A DNA stretch of 64,000 nucleotides, from IMG/VR virus record IMGVR_UViG_3300020477_001012, positions 96,001 to 160,000 of that record; one strand, 5' to 3'. This stretch comes from a virus. The translations under genes were made by a program, and so were the position numbers. A model generated the notes under the pieces. That model saw only the letters and a list, made by a program, of their open reading frames with translations. It ran no database searches and was not told where the DNA came from. Below, piece after piece: positions 56,117-64,000 of this stretch (positions are counted from its first letter, which is position 1; each line of letters starts with the position of its first letter).

Positions 56117-57109
56117 TTAAATATTTGACTTAATTATGTCTGTAGTCACTCTAACTACGCCCCCAAAAATGTTACTATCGACCATAGTCATCTCTTGAAC
56201 AGTGGATTTGCTTAAGCGGCAATTACCACCGTAATAAGTCTCTAGTAAATCGGGATATCTAAGGGCGCTAGGAACAGGAGTTCCTCTATAATCCAGCGGA
56301 AACGCTCCGCTACTATTAATCCTGTTACTGTCAAAAAGAGCGACATTTTTATCGTTTTGTAACGAAAATATGTCTACAAGCTTATTTCTAGTAACCTCAT
56401 CCTCTGCAATGCAGTGAAACAAAACGTCAGTATATACCCATTGGCCGCCTCCTAATTGGTACCCCTTGAAAGTCCTAAAGGGCACCACTTCAATAGCCAC
56501 AGCGGGAAGCTGCAACCTGCTCTCTGGGGGTATGTTCCAAACACCTTTGTTTGAATCAAAAAAGCTGCTCGTGGGCTGTAGCGTTCTTGTTTGTAACTCC
56601 TTTAACCAAGGTATATTGTTGGCGTATACTACGTTAATATGTTTGTAGCTATGTTCAACCTGCACTTTCGAGCCAGTTGGAATAGCCGTATCAAAAATTA
56701 CCCTACCATTGAAATAGTCGACGTGGTGTGAGTAATCCCCAGTAGTATCAGAAGGATAAAAGGCATCGTCCACCCAGACCCCAGACACTCCCGGTTTTTC
56801 ATGGTTGGTTCCTACAATTGGTGGTGTTATCAAGCCGTCTAGCCCACTTGGAGCAAGGCCGCTTTGCCAGACCCAGTTTTTCCTAAACCCTTCCCACACC
56901 TGACCAGATGTATATTGATCGTTTGCGGACAATCTAAGCTTGCTGTAATCTTGACCATTGGGGGCCAGCTCTGACAGAGTGCTATTAAAATAGTTGCCCT
57001 TATCAAGTAGCGCCCAGTCAAAATACTCAACTAGATTATCCTGAATGTCGTTACTTAGGGTAGACTGAAAAACACTAGTAAACCCTTTTAAAGGAGAATA
57101 TCTATGCAT
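56117..57109 (-). CDS. Putative tail terminator/completion protein
   Basis: Directly upstream of the tail tube gene; QLPAVAIEV and DVLFHCIAED..TRNKLVDI resemble tail-terminator patterns. Confidence 0.5.
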   Translation of the reverse strand: MHRYSPLKGFTSVFQSTLSNDIQDNLVEYFDWALLDKGNYFNSTLSELAPNGQDYSKLRLSANDQYTSGQVWEGFRKNWVWQSGLAPSGLDGLITPPIVGTNHEKPGVSGVWVDDAFYPSDTTGDYSHHVDYFNGRVIFDTAIPTGSKVQVEHSYKHINVVYANNIPWLKELQTRTLQPTSSFFDSNKGVWNIPPESRLQLPAVAIEVVPFRTFKGYQLGGGQWVYTDVLFHCIAEDEVTRNKLVDIFSLQNDKNVALFDSNRINSSGAFPLDYRGTPVPSALRYPDLLETYYGGNCRLSKSTVQEMTMVDSNIFGGVVRVTTDIIKSNI

Positions 57110-57113
57110 GGTT

Positions 57114-57746
57114 CTACTCTAAGAAACTGGTTAATATTCTTGCCAACTCTTTATCTCTACCCGAAAACGCTCTAGTGACAAAGTTATTATCCGCCGTTCC
57201 AGAATATTGCGGTGGAACTCTAAACACGCCACCTATATCCATCGTTCCTCCCCCTGACCTGCCACTATTAGACGGCTGGTATAAGTACCCCTTGACAATA
57301 ACGCTGTCCCCCTTCGTGATCAGCCAGTCTAGCCAATGTAAATCTGTACCCGCTTCTGAGAATTGGTGTCCTTGTGGTAACCCCAAGAGGTTGACAAAAT
57401 CTGTTGACTGAAAATTAAATGTAACCCCTCCTTCAAGTGTGTTTGATACCCTTCTAAAGTCTATCGAAATAGCTTCCGCTATCTCAGAGACAATCGCCTT
57501 AACAGCATCTTCCGGGCTGCCGGGAGTGAGGCCGAAGGTGGCGTTAAGACTCCCGGGGATTCCCTGACTTAGCAAGCTTTCTATTTCTTCTGATTGCATC
57601 ATCCATTTTTTAATATTTTCCTTTAACTCGCGTGTGTTTCTCTGAACCTTCTTCCTCATTATTTGGTTTATCTGGACAGCTAAAGCTTTGTATATGTCTT
57701 TTTCAATTTTTGGAAAGGAGTCTATCAGCTCCAATGAGATACTCAT
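57114..57746 (-). CDS. Putative neck/tail completion protein
   Basis: Synteny; C-terminal SGTADNNFVTRA resembles HK97 gp10-like G-x-x-F ends; start refined to ATG 57746 (ATGA overlap). Confidence 0.45.
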   Translation of the reverse strand: MSISLELIDSFPKIEKDIYKALAVQINQIMRKKVQRNTRELKENIKKWMMQSEEIESLLSQGIPGSLNATFGLTPGSPEDAVKAIVSEIAEAISIDFRRVSNTLEGGVTFNFQSTDFVNLLGLPQGHQFSEAGTDLHWLDWLITKGDSVIVKGYLYQPSNSGRSGGGTMDIGGVFRVPPQYSGTADNNFVTRAFSGRDKELARILTSFLE

Positions 57747-58225
57747 ACTGAACGCTCCCAAAAACAGCCGAAGTATCTTTCTTGCTTCAGACCCATTGGA
57801 AACGGTTCGCCCAACTTCTTAAACCTCATTTCCTTCAGGTCTTTGATACCCTTGTGAGCAATTAACTCTTTCGCCCTCATAATTTTATGGAGATCTGTTG
57901 CGTAGAAAATCGTTTGGATAGAATTGTCTGGGATAACCATATCGCTGCCCACTTTGGTCCAGCTTTTGCTATCCCAGTATATCTTTAGTATAATATCCTC
58001 CAGCTTCTCTACTTCTTTAATTGTCTTGTTCTGTCTTTTATACTGTTCCTGTCTCCTGCGGTGAGAATTAATAGAAGGGTTGCTTGGGATGTTATCAAAC
58101 GTATTGGATATCTCTTCTACCTTCTCAATATATACTAATTGACAGGTGACTCCGAATATGTTGAACGTAGAGTCCACCACGTCATAGTACTTATCGAAAA
58201 CACTCTGAGGGATGTTTATTGGCAT
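57743..58225 (-). CDS. Putative head-closure/head-tail joining protein
   Basis: 160 aa; FGVTCQLVY pattern and position upstream of the neck and terminator genes. Confidence 0.45.
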   Translation of the reverse strand: MPINIPQSVFDKYYDVVDSTFNIFGVTCQLVYIEKVEEISNTFDNIPSNPSINSHRRRQEQYKRQNKTIKEVEKLEDIILKIYWDSKSWTKVGSDMVIPDNSIQTIFYATDLHKIMRAKELIAHKGIKDLKEMRFKKLGEPFPMGLKQERYFGCFWERSV

Positions 58226-58233
58226 TTGTTGCC

Positions 58234-59061
58234 CTATATAGTTATTTCTAATTTTGCGGGATTGCTGTTAGTGTTGTCATAAGATTCAAAACTAACGTAG
58301 TTAGTCAGGCCGCCACTGTACGCTCCTGAGTACGCCGCGTTGTTCAGGTACATGACAATCACTATCGCGTTGCCGGACGACCAGCCGCTGCGGTTGACAA
58401 TTTCTTGAATTACGTCTTTAAGATCTGGGGATGTAACCTCACTGGAGTTGCTTTCTGCTCTCAGTGTGTCGTGGTCCCACAATCCTTCCGCTGCGGTATA
58501 TAGCCCCGGAACATTGCCGCGCAGATCAGACGCTGACGATGGGGCCGCCGGATCGTCTTGGTCCAAGGCTCTGATTTTGAAATTAATGTCCGGGTTGACA
58601 GCACTACCCACAAACGACATCTTGTACGGTTTGAGGTACGCACTCTGGATAGTGGCTCCTTGAGCAGCGGTAATGTTATCAAACCGGAAAAACCCGATGC
58701 TGTGATCCCACTCGACTTCCTCCCCCTCATATAGCGCACCTATCTGAATGTACGTTCTGCTGGTGTTGAGGGAAGAGGGGCTGAGGGTATTGTTTGTGTA
58801 GGACACGTAGCCAGTTGACCCAACTCCGTCATCTCCGTTAGCAGCCACTGTGTAAGTTGTAGTTGTTTCTGGGGGGGTAAGCCCATTTTCGTCACCGCTA
58901 TAAAATCTATGGAGTTTCATGCGATTCTCAAGAATACTAGAGTGGTGAACACCGTCAAGCGAAACACTGACGGGGACAACCTCCGAATTTCCAAGCTGAT
59001 CGGTGGAAAATACGGAGGAGCCGTGCCTTATGTCATTACCACTAATTATTTTTTCAAACAC
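58234..59061 (-). CDS. Virion accessory protein with a DNRLRE/CBM96-like beta-sandwich domain
   Basis: GFFRFDNITAAQGATIQSAYLK...SPDLKDVIQEIVNRSGWSSGNAI...PAKLEIT; GTG start uncertain. Confidence 0.55.
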   Translation of the reverse strand: MFEKIISGNDIRHGSSVFSTDQLGNSEVVPVSVSLDGVHHSSILENRMKLHRFYSGDENGLTPPETTTTYTVAANGDDGVGSTGYVSYTNNTLSPSSLNTSRTYIQIGALYEGEEVEWDHSIGFFRFDNITAAQGATIQSAYLKPYKMSFVGSAVNPDINFKIRALDQDDPAAPSSASDLRGNVPGLYTAAEGLWDHDTLRAESNSSEVTSPDLKDVIQEIVNRSGWSSGNAIVIVMYLNNAAYSGAYSGGLTNYVSFESYDNTNSNPAKLEITI

Positions 59062-59078
59062 TGTTATTGTACCCCAAG

Positions 59079-59285
59079 TTAGTCGCTGGTGTCACCAGTG
59101 TAATACCTAACATCGTCAAACCGATCTTCATAGCGAGTCTGCAACGTACCAGAAGGTACGAACTTATTGATCATGGAACCGGAAGCTGCTACGTACTGTC
59201 CCGTTTCCCGAACAAAAGTCACAATCCCGCCATTATTAATCGGGCTTACTGCCGATTTGGCTCTGTTTGTAATTTCGTCAGGCAT
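59079..59285 (-). CDS. Small hypothetical protein
   Basis: 68-aa ORF with SD GGAG filling the gap in the co-directional operon. Confidence 0.55.
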   Translation of the reverse strand: MPDEITNRAKSAVSPINNGGIVTFVRETGQYVAASGSMINKFVPSGTLQTRYEDRFDDVRYYTGDTSD

Positions 59286-59315
59286 TTTTTATCTCCAAAA
59301 ATTGTTAGTGCCATG

Positions 59316-62300
59316 TTACATTTCTGTCAAAGCGTCAGTTTTAAACCAATTAGTTCCATTAGTTACTATTAGTCTCCAATCGCTTCCGTCCTTATATAAG
59401 GCAACGACTCCTTCTTCTTTGTCTATTTTATATTCTTGATCGGTTAATGTTGCATGTGTATATGCGTTGGCAGTCGAGCCAGTACCATTGACGTTGAGGG
59501 CTACCGGCAATTCCAACCACCCATGTTTATTCACGATAGTATTCGCAAGCCCAGCAGAAGTGATAGATGACTGTATCTGGTCAGCCGACTGGGCTGACTG
59601 CTTGCGGGTTTTTAGTACAACATCCGTGGAAGACGCGGGATTTAGAGTCAACGTTGTTGTAAGTAAATCGGTTAAGCCGGGAACATTGCCAATACTTAAA
59701 TTCTTTGAGGATGTTCCATCGGATCTGCCATGAATAATATCTGCTATGTCAATATAGCCATCCAAGGCACTCGTCGTCCAAGTAGTTGGGACGACCCTAT
59801 TGCTCGGATTGATAACCAAGTGATTATCGGTATTGACTTGCATTCCAAAACCAGCCCTGTATCCTAAGAAGATAGAGTTCTTGTTTTGGTCTACCCCCGA
59901 ACCAGCTTCAGCTCCAATAAAGATGCTGTAATCACACCCTGTGCTAGAAGCTCCAGCCTTGTGTCCTATTACGGTCCCGTAGTCAAGACCCGAGGCCGCT
60001 TGACCAGCATGACGACCAATCATTTCGCTAAGCTTGATATCTTCTGCGTATGTTCCGGCAGAGTGGCCAATGGCGACCGAGTTTTGAATTCCGGTGCCGT
60101 GAGCAAAAGCGTTTAACCCAATACCCACTGATTGCTTAAGCCCACTGCCATATGCTGCGGCGCTCTCTCCCAGATAAACCCCGGTCGTCGCATTAGCGCT
60201 CTCTTTGCCCGCATTGACACCAATAAATGTAGTGCTATAATTACCTGAAGAAAGAAGACCGGCTTGATAGCCCATCATATTGGCGTGTTGAACATGTTTC
60301 GTCCCAGATCCAGCAGCCCAACCCAAAGCAGTATTATGACTACCAACAATAGCCCCAAATGCGGCATCTTTTCCAATGGCTATTAAGTAATCGCAACCCG
60401 AAGCTTGAAATGCAGCATGATGGCCTATAATATTCACATAGTGAGAATCTTTTGTAGAAAATCCAGCCCTGTAACCAACCATGGTACTTGAAGAGCTAAG
60501 CATAGCACCATACCCAGCCCCGGGACCAACCATAGTCGCGTGGGGGCAGCCACTGGACTCGTAGCCCGCACTCGGGCCAACCATTGCGGAGTAAAAATTC
60601 CCGCTCGCCCGGGAACCCGCGCTTAACCCAGCCATTAGTGACATGTTGCAGCCGCTGGCGCGATATGCTGCATAACGCCCAATCATAACGGAATTAGCAC
60701 AATCCAGCGAACTATATCCCGCATGGCCGCCAATCATATCTGCGCCCACGTTGTTATGGGTATTATATCCAGCATTCTGACCTATCATGGTTGAGTCAAA
60801 ACAGCCAGTCGATAGATGACCAGCACCCGACCCAATCATATTGGTATAATCACAGCCGCTAGACAATTTCCCAGCATTCTGACCTATCATCACGGTGGAG
60901 TCATTACCGCTAGCTCCATACCCAGCAGCCGTACCGATGGCTATCCAGTGCGACCCCGTGTCTCCCAGATCAAAAGAATCGCCACCACTAGTGCCTATTC
61001 TAATCTGATCATTGTTAAATATCAGGTGCTCTAATTGACCAGAACCATTAATGTCCATATGGATGGTGTCGTCCACCTTGGTTAAGCCACTACCGGCAGC
61101 AGTGCTGCCAACACTAATACCGTCAATTTGAGACTGCATAACCCCAGAAAGACCGCTGGGATTCAGCGTAAGCATGTTAGTACTAGCGTCGTAATGCGTA
61201 CCAACACCACTAACACCACTAATGGTAACTGTTTGGCCACCGGCAATTAAATCATCAGCAACCCAACCGTCTGTTATATTCCAACCGGCATAAGTAGCGG
61301 CATTATCAATATCATAACGGAGAACACCAGACAGGCCGCTGGGGTTCAGCGTAAGCGTATTAGTGCTGGCATCATAATGGGTGCCTACGCCACTAGCTCC
61401 ACTAACGGTAAACGTCTGGGCGTTGGCAATATTGTCTCCGGCGACAGTGCCATCTGTAAATGTCCAGTGTGTATAACTACCCGCAGCGAGTACTGCTGCG
61501 TCGGTATATGCCTTGGATACGCCATGAAGATCTTCGGTATACCCTGATATGGCAGCGCCGCTAGCTGAATTTACTCGTATTTCACCGAGATTGAAATCAC
61601 CACTGGCTGAATTAACTCGAATCTCTGTTAAATTAAAGTTACCACTGGAGGAGTTGGCTCTTATTTCTGTAAGATTAGACGCTATTTGTGGCGTCAATAC
61701 CCCGGATAGCCCACTAGCATTAAAGACAAGATGATTAGACGAGGCGTCATAATGCGTACCGACGCCACTCGCTCCACTAATAATAACCGTTTGGGCGCCA
61801 CCAATCAAATCACCCGCAACGGTGCCGTCTGTTAGATTCCAACCCGCATAAGCAGTAGCATTATCAATCTGATATTGCATAACACCAGACAGGCCGCTAG
61901 GATTAATTATAAGTAACCCGCTGTTGCTCGCTGGGTCAGTCGTGAACTCTGTGTGAATACCACTCACGCCACTAATAGACAGAAGGTATTTAGTATGAAT
62001 ATCACCGGAGGTGGCCGCACTGTCTCCAATCTGGAAAATGTTTCCGGGGAAAGTTAACCCGCTAACATGAATCTTCTGATCAGTAGTCCATGCGTCCGTA
62101 GAGTCTCTCCATGTCCACTTCTTGTCAGTATCAGTAGACTTGACGATAATACCAGCATCGTCTACATTGGCGTCATTATAGAGTGCGGTGCCACTCATCG
62201 ATGCCAACTCAAGATTCTTGTCCCAGATGGTAACAGTACTGCTATCTACATATGTCAAATCACCACGAACATCAAGGTTACCACTGATCGTGGCATTTCT

Positions 62301-63362
62301 CCCAACCACCAAATCTCTAGTAAGCACAGAATCACCAGAGACTAAAATATCACCACTGACACTAGCCGCCCCATTGACATCCAATGTGGTTCGCGGGTCA
62401 TCTATGTTGACACCCAGCCTGTTGTCAGTTTTTAAGAATACGAGCTGGGGATCATAAGTTACAATACCACTCTCTTTGTATAGAGCAACCGACCCCGCTG
62501 GGATAGTAGAAGCATCAATCCCCATGTTGGTATCTTGAACAATGTAAAAGTCGCCAAGATCGGGGATGTCACCTGAATTAAGAAGCCTAAATGAGGGATA
62601 GTCCGGGGTGCAGCTCCCATCAGCACAACCACTAATTGGGCCAGCAAAGAAGGTGTTCGTATCTTGCTTCAACAGGGTGATTCTCTGGTCTACAAGACCG
62701 CTCAACGCAAACACGGCATTCGATCCGGTTGTGGCATCAAGCTCATTTCTGACAAAGGGTTCTAGCTGCCTACCACCTGAAGCTACAGTGCCACCAAGTG
62801 TGGTTTGCCCACCAGAGAACAAAATTCCAGATCCACCATCCAAGAAGCCGGAAGCCTGAATTTGTGAATAATCAACGGTACCGCCAATGTCCAAAGCATA
62901 CTGGGGGTCTGGCTGGGTAATTCCCAGCTTGTCTCCTGACGCATTCCAGACCAAGCTGTCGTCATGACACAATATCTGAGAACTACCCCAGAAAGCTAGC
63001 CCGCTAGGCTTAGGCTCTTTAAAATCGCCCAGACCGGACGCAGTGAATACCGCATACTGACCCGGGTACGTAACATAAACTTCTTTAACTCCCGCAGCAA
63101 AATCAACAGCATTGTTACTATTAGTACTCCTGAAGGGAAATCGTACCAAGCTATTGCTGCTACCATCAGGAAGATATTGGCCAGAACCAACTTCATAGTC
63201 TGTACCATCAGTCACGGCATAATACAACGCATCGCCAGACTCATAGAAATCACCAAAGGCACTAAAGCCCGTGGCGGCCCCGTCTAAACGAAGAGATCCC
63301 GTACCTATGGAATGAGATAGCTCTTTAATTCTATCTGATAATACAATTATTTGGTCTGACAT
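59316..63362 (-). CDS. Fibre protein (trimeric, with YadA/Hep-Hag-like repeats)
   Basis: RLGVNIDDPRTTLDVNG fibre motif; 61-aa and 14-aa repeats; about 20 copies of a 16-aa xx(M/I)IGxxAG beta-roll repeat. Confidence 0.8.
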   Translation of the reverse strand: MSDQIIVLSDRIKELSHSIGTGSLRLDGAATGFSAFGDFYESGDALYYAVTDGTDYEVGSGQYLPDGSSNSLVRFPFRSTNSNNAVDFAAGVKEVYVTYPGQYAVFTASGLGDFKEPKPSGLAFWGSSQILCHDDSLVWNASGDKLGITQPDPQYALDIGGTVDYSQIQASGFLDGGSGILFSGGQTTLGGTVASGGRQLEPFVRNELDATTGSNAVFALSGLVDQRITLLKQDTNTFFAGPISGCADGSCTPDYPSFRLLNSGDIPDLGDFYIVQDTNMGIDASTIPAGSVALYKESGIVTYDPQLVFLKTDNRLGVNIDDPRTTLDVNGAASVSGDILVSGDSVLTRDLVVGRNATISGNLDVRGDLTYVDSSTVTIWDKNLELASMSGTALYNDANVDDAGIIVKSTDTDKKWTWRDSTDAWTTDQKIHVSGLTFPGNIFQIGDSAATSGDIHTKYLLSISGVSGIHTEFTTDPASNSGLLIINPSGLSGVMQYQIDNATAYAGWNLTDGTVAGDLIGGAQTVIISGASGVGTHYDASSNHLVFNASGLSGVLTPQIASNLTEIRANSSSGNFNLTEIRVNSASGDFNLGEIRVNSASGAAISGYTEDLHGVSKAYTDAAVLAAGSYTHWTFTDGTVAGDNIANAQTFTVSGASGVGTHYDASTNTLTLNPSGLSGVLRYDIDNAATYAGWNITDGWVADDLIAGGQTVTISGVSGVGTHYDASTNMLTLNPSGLSGVMQSQIDGISVGSTAAGSGLTKVDDTIHMDINGSGQLEHLIFNNDQIRIGTSGGDSFDLGDTGSHWIAIGTAAGYGASGNDSTVMIGQNAGKLSSGCDYTNMIGSGAGHLSTGCFDSTMIGQNAGYNTHNNVGADMIGGHAGYSSLDCANSVMIGRYAAYRASGCNMSLMAGLSAGSRASGNFYSAMVGPSAGYESSGCPHATMVGPGAGYGAMLSSSSTMVGYRAGFSTKDSHYVNIIGHHAAFQASGCDYLIAIGKDAAFGAIVGSHNTALGWAAGSGTKHVQHANMMGYQAGLLSSGNYSTTFIGVNAGKESANATTGVYLGESAAAYGSGLKQSVGIGLNAFAHGTGIQNSVAIGHSAGTYAEDIKLSEMIGRHAGQAASGLDYGTVIGHKAGASSTGCDYSIFIGAEAGSGVDQNKNSIFLGYRAGFGMQVNTDNHLVINPSNRVVPTTWTTSALDGYIDIADIIHGRSDGTSSKNLSIGNVPGLTDLLTTTLTLNPASSTDVVLKTRKQSAQSADQIQSSITSAGLANTIVNKHGWLELPVALNVNGTGSTANAYTHATLTDQEYKIDKEEGVVALYKDGSDWRLIVTNGTNWFKTDALTEM
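61141..61905 (-). repeat. Imperfect 183-nt (61-aa) repeats interrupted by three 42-nt (14-aa) tandem repeats in the fibre gene
   Basis: NPSGLSGV..IDNA..YAGWN.TDG...SG.SGVGTHYDAS recurs (183-nt period between 61141 and 61324); NL(T/G)EIR(V/A)NS(A/S)SG x3 at about 61558-61677. Confidence 0.85.
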
Positions 63363-63380
63363 TTATGTTACCTTTATACA

Positions 63381-64000
63381 TTAAAATGTTGGACTGCCAA
63401 ACTCATCTAGGATGGCCGGTTGTGTACCAGAGGTCTCAGCAGGCTCAAAGCCATAAGCTACAAATTGACACATGGCGCTGTCTGTGTACGAGCCGCCTTC
63501 ATCCCTAATGACATAAGTTACCGACCTCAGCATGGTCTCATCGTTCCCAGACCTAGCTATGCAGGCGACAGTATTAGTTTCCATGTCGTTGAGAGTGCCG
63601 CTAGCGTCGGTGCCGTTAGAGGTACCCATTGCCACAAAATTATTGTTATCAAAAGTACCCGAAGCAAACGTAATCTTAAGCTGCCCCTTGGCCTTTTTCG
63701 ATACACTATGAATGTTGTGCGAAGCGTGAACCACTGGCAGATGCCCACCAATCCCGCTAGCATTAAAATAGGCCCAAGCCTTAGCTGTGCCCTTGGCATT
63801 TGCTATTGTAGAGTTATCACCAAACTTAAGTGTTCCAGACGTGAGAATATTTTGAGTTTTGCCGTCTGAAGACCGTGGCTCAAATTTCAAACCAACGTTA
63901 TCATAACCAGATGCATTAATCCAGTTATTGCCCACTGGAACATTACCATTGAGAACATTGTTAGCCTGATCCACACCATCAACATGATAGTACTGAGTGT
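63381..64000 (-). CDS. Fibre/virion protein, C-terminal part; 5' end lies outside the window
   Basis: Frame is open to the window edge; AKAWAYFNASG...ASHNIHSV...GQLKITF resembles a common phage fibre C-terminal domain. Confidence 0.7.
   Translation of the reverse strand, partial: TQYYHVDGVDQANNVLNGNVPVGNNWINASGYDNVGLKFEPRSSDGKTQNILTSGTLKFGDNSTIANAKGTAKAWAYFNASGIGGHLPVVHASHNIHSVSKKAKGQLKITFASGTFDNNNFVAMGTSNGTDASGTLNDMETNTVACIARSGNDETMLRSVTYVIRDEGGSYTDSAMCQFVAYGFEPAETSGTQPAILDEFGSPTF

Noticed and set aside
61141-61905. CRISPR array or diversity-generating retroelement template/variable repeats
   Set aside because: The repeats are in-frame coding units without spacers, differences are not adenine-specific, and no reverse transcriptase or cas gene is in the window.
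1-64000. Eukaryotic giant virus (NCLDV) origin, suggested by the glycosylation genes and GlmS
   Set aside because: Shine-Dalgarno sites, overlapping operonic genes, an intrinsic terminator and tape measure/tail tube genes indicate a prokaryotic tailed virus.
1-64000. Alternative genetic code (stop-codon reassignment)
   Set aside because: Standard-code ORFs tile the window almost completely, and TAA, TAG and TGA all end genes at sensible boundaries.

Overview
This window looks like part of a large tailed bacteriophage genome, probably a jumbo siphovirus. Genes are densely packed with Shine-Dalgarno sites and overlapping stop/start codons, in two convergent blocks that meet at a bidirectional hairpin terminator near 20.57 kb. 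The left block (1-20.5 kb, + strand) is a cluster of about 22 nucleotide-sugar and glycosylation genes: GT4, GT2 and GT-A glycosyltransferases, RmlB, an FdtA-like isomerase, two DegT aminotransferases, Fcl, GlmS, two methyltransferases, an ATP-grasp/HAD fusion and several degenerate enzyme-like ORFs. It has no export or polymerase genes in view, and is followed by a NUMOD3/DUF559-type endonuclease, a probable ssDNA-annealing protein and a Zn-ribbon protein. The right block (20.6-64 kb, - strand) is the virion morphogenesis module: fibre proteins, head-tail joining proteins, an internally duplicated tail tube protein, chaperones, a 2300-aa tape measure protein, a ~4150-aa FG-GAP/LamG protein and large tail-tip proteins. 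The leading candidate for an undescribed system is phage-encoded virion glycosylation, because exposed structural proteins are strongly enriched in Ser-Gly dipeptides (a possible sequon) next to an export-less glycan cluster. Other highlights are a tape measure protein carrying a PD-(D/E)xK-like domain and a polybasic segment between repeated AxGG motifs, a split seven-blade integrin-like propeller, a structured and possibly pseudoknotted intergenic RNA after the tail tube gene, a GTGTATAAT candidate late promoter and a membrane-anchored metallothionein-like peptide. All calls come from manual motif recognition; no database searches were run.
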